Program-made: the position numbers and the translations under genes
In this document: in pieces, positions 25,219 to 34,992 of the stretch
Layout: each line of letters starts with the position of its first letter
Numbering within the stretch: position 1 is the first letter of the stretch
Source: a virus
Taxonomy: Duplodnaviria; Caudoviricetes
IMG/VR virus record: IMGVR_UViG_3300048576_000605
Coordinates: 1 to 39,211 of that record
Length of the DNA: 39,211 nucleotides
Direction: 5' to 3' (one strand)
Notes under the pieces: model-generated
What the model saw: only the letters and a program-made list of their open reading frames with translations
The model's database searches: none
What the model was told of the DNA's origin: nothing

Positions 25219-26379
25219 ATGGCCGTCAAATCCCAAGCCACGCGCCGGGCCATCCTGCTCGGCAAAAACGAGGCGACCTACGGCGTGGAAGCGGAGCCGA
25301 CGCCCGCGTCGAACGCGACCCTCATCAACTCCGGCATCGAGATCAAGCCCAATGCCGACAAGGTCACCCGGGACATTCTGCGCAATACGTTCTCCCCGGC
25401 CGGCAGTTATATCGGGGCGAAATCCCTGGACCTGTCCTTTACGGTGGAGGCCCGGGGCGGCGGCCTGGATGCCCAGGACAAACCCTTGCCTCCGGATTAC
25501 GACTGGGCGCTGCTGGCCTGCGGCATGCAGCGGGCCGAGGTGCTGCGCCTGAGCCTGGACGCGCCCGGCGCCTGGCAGATCGGCGAGGTCGTCACCGGCG
25601 GCACGTCGGCCGCCACCGGCACCATCGCCTACGTGGAGCGCGACAACCTCATCGTCGTCGCCGTGACCGCCGGGACGTTCGAGGCCGACGAGGCCGTGAC
25701 CGGGGGCAGTTCGGCCGCCACCGGCCACGTCGCCGGCCTGGTCTGGGCCCTGATGTACCGGCCCATCACCGCCGACATCGCCGACATCGTCAGCGCCTCG
25801 TGCCGGTTCTGGCGCGATGCCATCCTGCACCGGGTGCTCGGCGCCATCGGGACATTCTCGCTCTCCGGCGAGGTGGGCAAGATCGCGACGATCGAATTCA
25901 AACTCTCCGGACTCTGGGCCGACCCGGTTGACCAAGCCATCCCGGGCAACGCGGTGTTGACCGACATGACCGGCGCCATGGCCCTGGCCATGGGGGTGCG
26001 CATCGGGACCTACACGCCCGTGGCCAACGCCATCAAGCTGGATCTCGCCAACAAGGTCCAGCGGCGCCAGGACCTCAACGCGCCCGAGGGGCTCGTGGGG
26101 TTCTATTTCGACGGCCGCGACCCCACGGGCTCCCTGGACCCCGAGGTCGACGCCCTGGCCTCCTACAACCCCTGGTCCGCCTGGAAGTCCGGCGCCAAGA
26201 CGCGCATCAACGGCTATTTCGGCTCCACCCCGGGCAACCGCATCGCGTTCCACGTCGGCGCCGCCCAGGTCACCGACCTGGCCTACAAGGACCGCAACGG
26301 CGTCATGGCCTATGACAAATCGTTCCAGCCTTGCCAGGAATACCGAGGCGACGACGAAATGCGCCTCGTCTTTTTCTAA
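25219..26379 (+). CDS. Major tail tube protein (siphovirus type) with inserted repeat domain
   Basis: 'KNEATYGVEAEPT', 'LLACG', 'GAIGTFSL'; directly precedes chaperone and tape measure. Confidence 0.78.
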   Translation: MAVKSQATRRAILLGKNEATYGVEAEPTPASNATLINSGIEIKPNADKVTRDILRNTFSPAGSYIGAKSLDLSFTVEARGGGLDAQDKPLPPDYDWALLACGMQRAEVLRLSLDAPGAWQIGEVVTGGTSAATGTIAYVERDNLIVVAVTAGTFEADEAVTGGSSAATGHVAGLVWALMYRPITADIADIVSASCRFWRDAILHRVLGAIGTFSLSGEVGKIATIEFKLSGLWADPVDQAIPGNAVLTDMTGAMALAMGVRIGTYTPVANAIKLDLANKVQRRQDLNAPEGLVGFYFDGRDPTGSLDPEVDALASYNPWSAWKSGAKTRINGYFGSTPGNRIAFHVGAAQVTDLAYKDRNGVMAYDKSFQPCQEYRGDDEMRLVFF

Positions 26380-26404
26380 CCAGCAACCACGCATGGGAGT
26401 GGTA

Positions 26405-26905
26405 ATGTACGATCTCGACGCCTCGAAAAACGTCCTGGAAATCCACGATCGCCTCGTCGGGGCGGTCCTGGAATTCTACTATACCCTGCCCACCAATCCC
26501 CAGCGCACGGAATGGGACAACCTCGTCACCGTGCGCAAGGGGTCGCGGGTGGTCATCAAGAAGGATTACCAGCTCCTCCAGGCCCGGTTCGGGGCGCGGC
26601 TGCTCACCGGGTTTAAGAAGGGTGTCCTGGCGAAGGGGGGGAAGCTGATCGCCTCGGACCCCGACGACCCCGACTATTACAAGGACTGGAAGAATCTCGT
26701 CTACAGCGTGCGGCCCGACTGGCTGGCCTATGCGGCCCGGGTGATCATGTCCCCGGTGGAGCAGCCCGATACCGGCATCGAGTACGAGGACGCCGAAAGC
26801 GGTGACGTGATCGAGGACCTGGACAATCCCGAATTCGGGTTCGAGGAGCAGCCCGACCAGGCCGCGCCGGCGGAGGCCGAGGCCAGCCCTTTGGCGCCGC
26901 AATAG
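26405..26905 (+). CDS. Tail assembly chaperone (G-like)
   Basis: GGAG RBS; between tube and tape measure; ends in slippery site CCCTTTG. Confidence 0.78.
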   Translation: MYDLDASKNVLEIHDRLVGAVLEFYYTLPTNPQRTEWDNLVTVRKGSRVVIKKDYQLLQARFGARLLTGFKKGVLAKGGKLIASDPDDPDYYKDWKNLVYSVRPDWLAYAARVIMSPVEQPDTGIEYEDAESGDVIEDLDNPEFGFEEQPDQAAPAEAEASPLAPQ

Positions 26906-27159
26906 AGCGCACGCTGGACAGCTGCCAGGGGGGGCGCGAGGAGTGCAAGCGGGAAAACGGGCCGTGGCTGGCCAGCCTGTGCCCCAAGTGCCCCAAGTAC
27001 AAGGCGCGCCCCTCTCGCTATGTCCTGCGTCTCATGCACCTGCGCCAGCTGCGGCTGGGAGGCTACCCGTTTCGGGCCGATGACCTGTCCCTGACCCTCT
27101 GGGAGGACCTCGGGGTCCTGGAAGCCTACATTCAAGCCAAGATGCCGAGATTGTTTTAA
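26887..27159 (+). CDS. -1 frameshift extension of the tail chaperone (GT-like)
   Basis: C CCT TTG heptamer at 26887-26893; open -1 frame of 90 codons (PFGAAIERTL...CPKCPK...MPRLF) ending 1 nt before the tape measure start. Confidence 0.8.
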   Translation, partial: PFGAAIERTLDSCQGGREECKRENGPWLASLCPKCPKYKARPSRYVLRLMHLRQLRLGGYPFRADDLSLTLWEDLGVLEAYIQAKMPRLF

Positions 27160-27160
27160 T

Positions 27161-30100
27161 ATGGCCGAAAATCGCGTCAAATTCATCGTCGAGGCCGATT
27201 CGAAGGGGGCCATCACGAGCTTTGCCGATTTTCGCAAGGCATTGGATCTGACCGGGGCGTCGGCCAAGCTGACCGACGCCCAATTGGCCCAAATCTCCGA
27301 CAAGTTCCTCGACAAGCTCCAGGCCGACAAGGCGGCCGCCGCACTACGCCTGGCCCAGCAGCAGATCGAGCGGCTGGGCACGTCGGCCGGGCTGTCCGAG
27401 CGCGAGCTGGCCAAGCTCTACCGCCAGCTGGGCGTCACGCCGCCCAATGTCTCGCAGTCGTTTGCCTCCCTTCAGTCCGGGGCCGCCGCCGCCGAGGCGT
27501 CGCTCACCTCCCTGGTCGCCAAGGTCGGCACTGTGGTGGCCGCGTACATCTCTTTGCGCGAGGCGGCCGAATTCGTCAGTCAGTCCATCATGAGCGCCGC
27601 CCGCTACGAAACCCTAGGGGTGGTCATCGAAAAAGTGGGGGAAAACGCCGGCTACACCAAGCAGGAGGTGTTCGCCTTTGCCGAGGGGGTGCAGAAAGCC
27701 GGCATCTCCATGATCGAGTCGCGGGAGGCCGTGGCCAAGATGGCGGCGGCGCAACTCGATTTGTCCAAAGCGTCGGCCCTAGCCCGGGTGGCCCAGGACG
27801 CGGCCGTCATATCCGGAACCAATTCCAGCGATGCCTTCGCTAAATTGGTACAAGGTATTTCCACGGGCCAGACGATCCTGCTGCATCATCAGGGGATCAT
27901 GGTCAATCTGGAGGTCGCCTACAAAAAATACGCCAAACAGCTCGGCATCACCAAGGGGGAGTTGACCGAGGTTGAAAAACGGGAGGCCGCCCTCGATGCG
28001 GTTTTGGAGGAAGGACAGAAACGGACAGGCGTCTATGACGCCGCCATGAATACGGCCGGGAAGCAACTGCAAAGTTTCACGCGGTATGTGCAGGATGCGT
28101 CGACACGGTTTGGCGAGGCCTTCTTGGGCGCGTTCACTGGGGTGGTTTTCGATGCCACCGAATCCATGAAACGGTTGCAGGACGTCATCAAGGACCAGGA
28201 GACCCAGGAGACGCTCTCCCGTCTGGCCGAGGGCGCGGCCAGCTTTTTCAAGACGATCATCGAAGGGGCTCCGGGAGCGGCGCAAGGGTTTATCGGTTTC
28301 ATCAAGTCCCTGGAGGACGCCTGGGCGAATACCCCGCCGGAACTGAAGGAGTTTTTGAAATACGGCATTCCCATGGCCATCGGCGCCACCGTCGGGCGCC
28401 GCTTCGGCCCCTGGGGCGGGCTCGTCGGGGCCGGCGTCGGCCTGTACGGCGCCGTCAAGGCCGACCAGGCCATAGGCGGCAAGGAAAAGCTCGAAAAAGA
28501 GATCGAGGAAACGAACGACGCGATGTACGGCGCCGAATCGCTGTCCAAGAGACGGATACTGGAGGCGCATCTCAATCAGCTGATCGAGGAATACACACGG
28601 CTGAGCGAGGCGGCGAACAAGGCGGCCGAGGCCGTGAAGAAGGTGGCCCCGGGAAAGGAACAGGCCGACAGGGCCAATGAATACAACGCGGCCTGGCAAA
28701 AGGGCGCCAAGGAGTACGAAAAAAGCACCTCGCGTTATATCGCCCTGGGCGAGAACAACACGAAATACCTGCCGGCGGACCAGCAGCTGGCCGCCGCCAA
28801 GGAACTTTTCGAGAGCCGCCAGGCTGGAATCGCCAAGGCCTGGATGCTGGCCTGGGAAAAGGGGCGATATGACGACGCGGCGGCGCTCAACCGCTCCATG
28901 GACGCGGCCAGGGGGATGTACGACGACACGGTCGCGTCCATCAACAACAAGACCAAGGGGGCGGACAAGGCCGCCGGCACCCTGCAACAGGTCATCGACC
29001 GGTACCAGGTCCTCCAGGAACAGTTGGCCGGGGACACCCTGGGCGCGAAACTCGCCTCCATCGATCAAAAGTACGACGCCTTTGCCGCCCGCATAGGGCA
29101 GGCCATGAAGGAGGCCGGCGCGGATGTGGCGGCCTATGGCCAGGCCCTGGACGTCCTGGCCCGGAACCGGGCCCTGGAAAAGCACTTGGCCCAGGTCGAG
29201 GCCTGGCGACGCTCCATGCAGGCCGCCGCCGGGCTGCTCACGGATCTGGGGCGTCTGTCCGGCGATCCCGGCGCCATCTATGCCGGGGCCATGACCAATA
29301 ACCAGTTGTGGCAGGCGGACCAGCAGAAGCGCATCAACGCCCTCGCCGACGTGTCCGAGCGGGCCAAGCAGTCGGCCGAGCTGCAAGAGGCCATGGACCT
29401 CAAGGAACTGGAGGCCAGGCGGCAGGCCTACGCGGGCATGGAGGCCGTGTCCTCCCGGTATTGGGATGCCGAGCGCGAGTATCTGGGCAGGCATTTGGAG
29501 GTGGTGCGGCAAAACGCCGACAGCGAGACCGCCTACCGCATCTATGCCGCCCAGCAATGGGACGGATACAATAAGCGACTGCTCGAAAACCAGGCCGCGC
29601 ATGCCGGTACGTTCGGCGATGTTGTTTCGGCCAAGTGGAGCCTGGCGTTCGGGACGTACCGGTCGGAGCTTGGCAAGGCCCATGACAACTACAGCGCCTT
29701 TGCGGACTCGTTGATCGGTCTGACCGACGACATGGCCGGCGCCATCGCGGGGTCGTTCGGGGATCTGCTGCGGGGCCTGGCCGATGGCACCCTCAAGGTG
29801 GAGGACCTGGCCAAATCCCTGCGATCCCGCATGGCCCAGGCCATCGGCAATTTTTTCGAGGAGAATTTCAAACGCCAGCTCCGGGACGCGCTGGGCGGCC
29901 TCGGCGCGTTGTTCGGCGGCGCGCCGAGGCCGCCCAGCGGGAGTGAGACGGCGCCCCGGACCCTCACCACGCCCCATGCCGCCGTGGAGGCGGCTCAAGC
30001 CACCATCAATATCGCCTCGGGCACGGTGGCCGGCCTGCCGACAGTCGGGGCTGGGGGGGGCGATGGGGGAACCTGGCGTGATGTGCCCGTGACGGTGCCG

Positions 30101-33100
30101 CCCGCGCCCTCGGCATTCGTGCCTGCGGCGGCAGTGTCTTCGGCGGTTGCCGCGCCGACGATCCCGACTACCCAAAATGACACCCTGGTCGCCACCATCG
30201 CCGGCCTGGCCATCCCCATGGGCCGGGAGGCCGGCGGCATCATCTCCGACGCCCAGATGGCCACGGTGCATGCGGCATCCCAGGAGATCACCGCCGCCGT
30301 CACCCGGGGCGTGGACCAGTCCGGGACCCTGCAACGCACCGCCCAGACCGTGACCGAGGCCCAGCAGAAACAGATTTGGTACACCCATAACAACCCGGGG
30401 AATCTCCGCATCCCGGGACAGGCGGCCTATCAGCAGTTCGGCAGCATGGAGGATGGCCTCGCGGCCATGTACCGGCAGCTGATGCTCGATTTCACGCGCG
30501 GCCGCGATACCGTGGCGAGCATCATCTCCAAGTACGCCCCCCCCTCGGAAAACGACACGGCCAAATACATCGCCATGGTCAGCAAGTCGCTGGGCGTCGG
30601 GCCAAACGACAAAATCGATCTGCGCAACGGCGACACCATGGAGGCCATGATGCGGGCCATGGTGCAGATCGAGACGGGCGTGCAGGCGGAGACCGTGGCC
30701 TCACGCGAGACCTATTATGCGATAGCGCACCAGATGCAGGCCCAGGCCAAGCCGATCGGCGTCGAGGCCGGCACGGCGGCCGGGCAGATCGTCGCCGAAG
30801 TGCTCATGGGGGGCGGCCGGGTGCAGCTGCCCGGCCAGGACGGCCAGCTGCGCAATCCCGGAACCGACTGGGCCGGGGGAATCGCGCCCTGGGCGGCCGG
30901 CCAGGGGACGGTGCCGTCGATCTCCGAGGGGTTGCAGACGGCGCTCCAGGGCTACAACTGGAGCACCGGGACCTGGGACAAGTATGTCTCCCCGCTGACT
31001 GCCGGCGACGACGTGGGGTGGTGGCGCAAGTGGTCGGGGGGGAGCGTTTTTCCCAACATGTCCGCGTCGTCCGCGTCGTCCGGGACGTCCTCCGCCGGCT
31101 TCGACTGGCAAAAGGGGCTCGGCGCCCTGGGCGGCGTTGCCAGCGGGATCACGGGCGTGATCGGCAGCGCCGCCCAGGGCAACGTCATGGGGGCCATCGG
31201 GTCCGGCCTCATGGCCGTCGGGTCCGTCGTGTCGCTGATCCCGGGGCTGAATATCGTCGGGGGGGTACTCACGCTGTTGGGGGGCGTCGCCTCGCTCTTC
31301 GGGGGGGATGAGAAGAAAAAGAAGCAGCCTGTGCATGCGCTCTACGAGGGAACGGCCTCCGTCTATGCCGACGGAACGGCCATGGCCATCCCCATGGAGT
31401 ACCGCAGCGACGGGTCCGTCAGGTCCAAGACCATCCAGCCCCAGGATATCAACGAGGTCCAGAAGGCGTTCCGCGACCTGGTCAAGTCCGTCAGGGACGC
31501 GGCCAAGGTGCTCAACATCGACCTGGTCAAGGGCATCAACACCAATTTCTCCTTGGCCACGGGCCTCGTGTCATCGGAACTGCAAAAGACGCAACAATGG
31601 GTCATGCAGGACCAATACGGCAAGGGCGCCCTGGGCGACCTGGCCGGCGCGGTCCAGTTTTTTTCGGACGGCATGCAGAACACGATCGAGATTTTCACCG
31701 GCCTGGCCGAGGCCGCCAAGACCGTCAAGGGCCGGATCGAGGCCCTGGGCGTGGATTTCACCCGCCTGTCCGGCATCGACGACATGCTCCTCTCCACCAT
31801 CGCGAATTTTGCCACCGGCACCTATGCCCAAATGCAGGACAATGCGACGGCGTCCCTGGAGACCCTGGCCGATTCGGCTACATCAGCCGCGCAGTACGTC
31901 GCGCAGTACCGGGATCAGCTGATCTCCCTGGCCGAGGCCGAGATGTCCAAGCTGTACCAGGACGCCGTGGGCGGCAGCGATGCATTCAACAGCGCCATGG
32001 ATACCTATGGCAAGTATGCGATAACCACGAAAGAGGAAAAACAGTCGGCCCTGGCCTACTACCAGGATGAATTGTCCCGGCTGATCACCAAGTTCAAGAG
32101 GGATTTTTCCGGGGTGCTGGTCGATTTCGACAGCGCGAAAATAGACGTATCCGACATATCGACATTCTGGGGCGCGTACCATGCTGCCATGCAGCAGTCC
32201 ATGTCCCCGGATATGCTGGCCTCCTGGGCGGAGATGGCCTCGTATGCCAAACAGATCCAGGACACGGCCACCGAGCTGGACAAGCTCCAGGCCGCCGACG
32301 ACAAATGGGACAGCGACCTCAAGTACCGACGCGAGCTGGTCCAGGGCCTGGCCACCGAGGCCGACATCACCAAGACCTTGGCCGGATACGAGCAGGAGCT
32401 GGCCCAAGCCCGGGAAAACGACATGACCTATGCCCAGCAGGCGGACCTGGTCGAGACCCAGCGGGCCGAGTTGCAAAAAAAAGTCAACGATCTGCTGGGC
32501 ATCACCGTGGACGCGACATCCTCATATGATGCCGCTCTCACCGAACTGACCAGGTCCGTCGAAAATCAGGTGGCGGCCCTGTCCGAGGTGGCCTCGACCG
32601 CGTCATCGGCGGAGTCCACCTTCTCCTCCATCGCCAACTCCCTGCAAGGCGTCATCCGCTCGATGCAGCAGGATGACTACACAAATTATGCGTTGATCCT
32701 GGCATCCAGGCAAACCGAATTCGACGCCCTCTATAAGAAGGCCATGGCCGGAGACAAGGACGCCTACAGTCAACTGTCCGAGAGTGCGTCGGCTGTCCTG
32801 CAATCCATAAAGGCGGGGGGCGTCTCGGCGGAGCAGTATGATACCGCGTATTGGACGCTGCGCAACAAGGTCGCCACCGCCCAGGCCGTGGCCACATCCA
32901 AGAAGGATTACCAGTCCGTCATTGCCGACCTGAGTCAGCAACAGGTCGATATCCTGTCCGAAATAAAGGATGAGCTGTCCCAAACCTCGGTTGACACTAC
33001 GTTCGTCGATCTGGCCGCGTCGCTGGAACGGTATGCCGATGCGATCCTGACGGCCTATGACCAGTACAAGGCCAGTCGGTTGTCGGACGACGAGTACATG

Positions 33101-34042
33101 GCCCAGGCCCGGTCCGCCGAGTCCAGCCTCTCGACCTGGATATTGCAGCTGGTGTCCTCCTCCGCCACGATCGGGGAGGATCAAATCCGGTCCATCGGCG
33201 GGAGCAACAACCTCCTCCAGGGCATCATGAGCGGCCAGATACAGCTGTCCGGATTGACGCAACAACAGGCATCGGTATTGGGCAGCGCCCTATCCGTCCT
33301 GCAAACCATCTCGGGCATCACGGGCACGGACCTGACCTATTCAGACATGGCGCAGTATTATCTGAGCCGGATCGCGGACGGCGTATCAATCACCGATTGG
33401 AGCGGCCTGACCGCCACCATGACCGATGGCAAGGCGGCCGTGGTGGATGCCATCAACGACAGTATTGAGGAGATGGCGTGGCGCATAGACGATTTGCGTA
33501 AATTGCAATCCCAGCAGACAGCCACAACAAGCGCACAGTCCGGGTATTTCGAGAGTATTTCGAATTTGTTATACAAACAGACGCAGGTCGAGGTTTATGC
33601 GTCCCTGTTGCAGCAGGCCAAGGATACCGCGTCTGGATACATGAACTATGCCATGGCTGCCATGATGTCCGGCAGTATCATGGGGGCTATTGTCGGCTTG
33701 CAATGGATGCAACAATACAACGACATGCAGGGCCAGATAACGGCATTGCAATCGCAGTTTGATTATTGGAAGTCGTGGATGCCCTCGGTGGCCCTGGCCG
33801 GAGGCGCCGTGGTCTACGGGCCGACAGTGGCCCTGCTCGGCGAGGGGAATGAGCCGGAGGTGGTGAGCCCGCTGAGTCGGCTGTCCGCCCCGTCGCAGGG
33901 GAGCACCACGGTGATCAGCTTCGACGCCCTAGTGGATGCCGTGCTGGAGATGGGAGTCAAGCTCGATCGGATCGAGACGAATACCTACAAGACCTCGCGC
34001 AATACCGATAATGACGATGCGTTCGTGAGGGCGCAGAGGTAG
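27161..34042 (+). CDS. Tape measure protein (2293 aa) with internal muralytic-like domain
   Basis: Length, Ala-rich helical composition, position; internal 'NNPGNLR...KYAPPSENDTAKY...IETG' domain. Confidence 0.92.
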   Translation: MAENRVKFIVEADSKGAITSFADFRKALDLTGASAKLTDAQLAQISDKFLDKLQADKAAAALRLAQQQIERLGTSAGLSERELAKLYRQLGVTPPNVSQSFASLQSGAAAAEASLTSLVAKVGTVVAAYISLREAAEFVSQSIMSAARYETLGVVIEKVGENAGYTKQEVFAFAEGVQKAGISMIESREAVAKMAAAQLDLSKASALARVAQDAAVISGTNSSDAFAKLVQGISTGQTILLHHQGIMVNLEVAYKKYAKQLGITKGELTEVEKREAALDAVLEEGQKRTGVYDAAMNTAGKQLQSFTRYVQDASTRFGEAFLGAFTGVVFDATESMKRLQDVIKDQETQETLSRLAEGAASFFKTIIEGAPGAAQGFIGFIKSLEDAWANTPPELKEFLKYGIPMAIGATVGRRFGPWGGLVGAGVGLYGAVKADQAIGGKEKLEKEIEETNDAMYGAESLSKRRILEAHLNQLIEEYTRLSEAANKAAEAVKKVAPGKEQADRANEYNAAWQKGAKEYEKSTSRYIALGENNTKYLPADQQLAAAKELFESRQAGIAKAWMLAWEKGRYDDAAALNRSMDAARGMYDDTVASINNKTKGADKAAGTLQQVIDRYQVLQEQLAGDTLGAKLASIDQKYDAFAARIGQAMKEAGADVAAYGQALDVLARNRALEKHLAQVEAWRRSMQAAAGLLTDLGRLSGDPGAIYAGAMTNNQLWQADQQKRINALADVSERAKQSAELQEAMDLKELEARRQAYAGMEAVSSRYWDAEREYLGRHLEVVRQNADSETAYRIYAAQQWDGYNKRLLENQAAHAGTFGDVVSAKWSLAFGTYRSELGKAHDNYSAFADSLIGLTDDMAGAIAGSFGDLLRGLADGTLKVEDLAKSLRSRMAQAIGNFFEENFKRQLRDALGGLGALFGGAPRPPSGSETAPRTLTTPHAAVEAAQATINIASGTVAGLPTVGAGGGDGGTWRDVPVTVPPAPSAFVPAAAVSSAVAAPTIPTTQNDTLVATIAGLAIPMGREAGGIISDAQMATVHAASQEITAAVTRGVDQSGTLQRTAQTVTEAQQKQIWYTHNNPGNLRIPGQAAYQQFGSMEDGLAAMYRQLMLDFTRGRDTVASIISKYAPPSENDTAKYIAMVSKSLGVGPNDKIDLRNGDTMEAMMRAMVQIETGVQAETVASRETYYAIAHQMQAQAKPIGVEAGTAAGQIVAEVLMGGGRVQLPGQDGQLRNPGTDWAGGIAPWAAGQGTVPSISEGLQTALQGYNWSTGTWDKYVSPLTAGDDVGWWRKWSGGSVFPNMSASSASSGTSSAGFDWQKGLGALGGVASGITGVIGSAAQGNVMGAIGSGLMAVGSVVSLIPGLNIVGGVLTLLGGVASLFGGDEKKKKQPVHALYEGTASVYADGTAMAIPMEYRSDGSVRSKTIQPQDINEVQKAFRDLVKSVRDAAKVLNIDLVKGINTNFSLATGLVSSELQKTQQWVMQDQYGKGALGDLAGAVQFFSDGMQNTIEIFTGLAEAAKTVKGRIEALGVDFTRLSGIDDMLLSTIANFATGTYAQMQDNATASLETLADSATSAAQYVAQYRDQLISLAEAEMSKLYQDAVGGSDAFNSAMDTYGKYAITTKEEKQSALAYYQDELSRLITKFKRDFSGVLVDFDSAKIDVSDISTFWGAYHAAMQQSMSPDMLASWAEMASYAKQIQDTATELDKLQAADDKWDSDLKYRRELVQGLATEADITKTLAGYEQELAQARENDMTYAQQADLVETQRAELQKKVNDLLGITVDATSSYDAALTELTRSVENQVAALSEVASTASSAESTFSSIANSLQGVIRSMQQDDYTNYALILASRQTEFDALYKKAMAGDKDAYSQLSESASAVLQSIKAGGVSAEQYDTAYWTLRNKVATAQAVATSKKDYQSVIADLSQQQVDILSEIKDELSQTSVDTTFVDLAASLERYADAILTAYDQYKASRLSDDEYMAQARSAESSLSTWILQLVSSSATIGEDQIRSIGGSNNLLQGIMSGQIQLSGLTQQQASVLGSALSVLQTISGITGTDLTYSDMAQYYLSRIADGVSITDWSGLTATMTDGKAAVVDAINDSIEEMAWRIDDLRKLQSQQTATTSAQSGYFESISNLLYKQTQVEVYASLLQQAKDTASGYMNYAMAAMMSGSIMGAIVGLQWMQQYNDMQGQITALQSQFDYWKSWMPSVALAGGAVVYGPTVALLGEGNEPEVVSPLSRLSAPSQGSTTVISFDALVDAVLEMGVKLDRIETNTYKTSRNTDNDDAFVRAQR

Positions 34043-34044
34043 AT

Positions 34045-34992
34045 ATGCTGGCGATATTCCCGGTCGAAAACGAAGCTCGATTCATATCGACGAACATCCA
34101 GGCGGACACAACGCCTGAGTATAACCCTGATGCTGTATATGTCACAGGAAATGAAGTCAGGGTTCCTCAGACTCATACCATATATAAATGTCTGATTGAT
34201 GAGATGGTTGACGAAAAAGACGCTACGATAAAGCATCAAATTAAAGGGTATTATCCACCAGACTACTTGGCGAGCATCAAGAGCACCTACCCATGGATGA
34301 TGGTGCGGGCGGACAATCAGTGGGCGGCCCTGGATATCTATTTCGACACGAAAAGCAAGAACACAGGAAGCATCATATATAACTTCAATGCTTCTGGATG
34401 TGATAGCGCCGCTCTGCTCAATTTTTCGGCAGTAAATGTCCGCGCGTCGTTGATAGACGGTTTAGGTGAGATTGTCTGGAGTACGGAAATAGCGACATAT
34501 AAATATGTTGACACACTATATGATTTCTTTTTTTCCCCTCCAGAATTCAAGCAAAACGTATTTTTCAAGTTTCCGGTTGGAGTTAATACAATTTTACATA
34601 TCGAAGTGATCAACACATTCAGTTATGCGGAATTGAGTGTTTTTCGGATGGGCACCATGTATCATCTCGGAGAGACGAAAACCGAGGTGCAGGTCGCGTT
34701 CAAGGATTTTTCGCAGTACAATACAGATGAAATCGGGAGAACGACACTTGTTCCGGGAAAGTGTAGTGATATCCATAAGTTTTCTGTCAACACGGCCAAG
34801 GTATCGTTTAGTGAGGTGAACGCCTTGGTCAAGTCGATCAGGGCGAAACTGGTCGTTTGGATTGTTGAGAACGTGGATGATCCCAATGATGCCGAGCCGG
34901 CGCTGATCACCATGGGATGGCCTACCGATTTCGGGCAGTATCGCCGGAATGGCCAGGATACATATGACATTTCGATCGGAGGTTCCGTATGA
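34045..34992 (+). CDS. Putative distal tail / tail-tip protein (AT-rich)
   Basis: Immediately after the tape measure; beta-rich; 'FKDFSQYNTDEIGRTTLVPG'. Confidence 0.6.
   Translation: MLAIFPVENEARFISTNIQADTTPEYNPDAVYVTGNEVRVPQTHTIYKCLIDEMVDEKDATIKHQIKGYYPPDYLASIKSTYPWMMVRADNQWAALDIYFDTKSKNTGSIIYNFNASGCDSAALLNFSAVNVRASLIDGLGEIVWSTEIATYKYVDTLYDFFFSPPEFKQNVFFKFPVGVNTILHIEVINTFSYAELSVFRMGTMYHLGETKTEVQVAFKDFSQYNTDEIGRTTLVPGKCSDIHKFSVNTAKVSFSEVNALVKSIRAKLVVWIVENVDDPNDAEPALITMGWPTDFGQYRRNGQDTYDISIGGSV

Noticed and set aside
27779-30388. 869-aa minus-strand ORF (and similar ones at 16051-17811, 24721-26394)
   Set aside because: Shadow ORFs opposite well-supported structural genes
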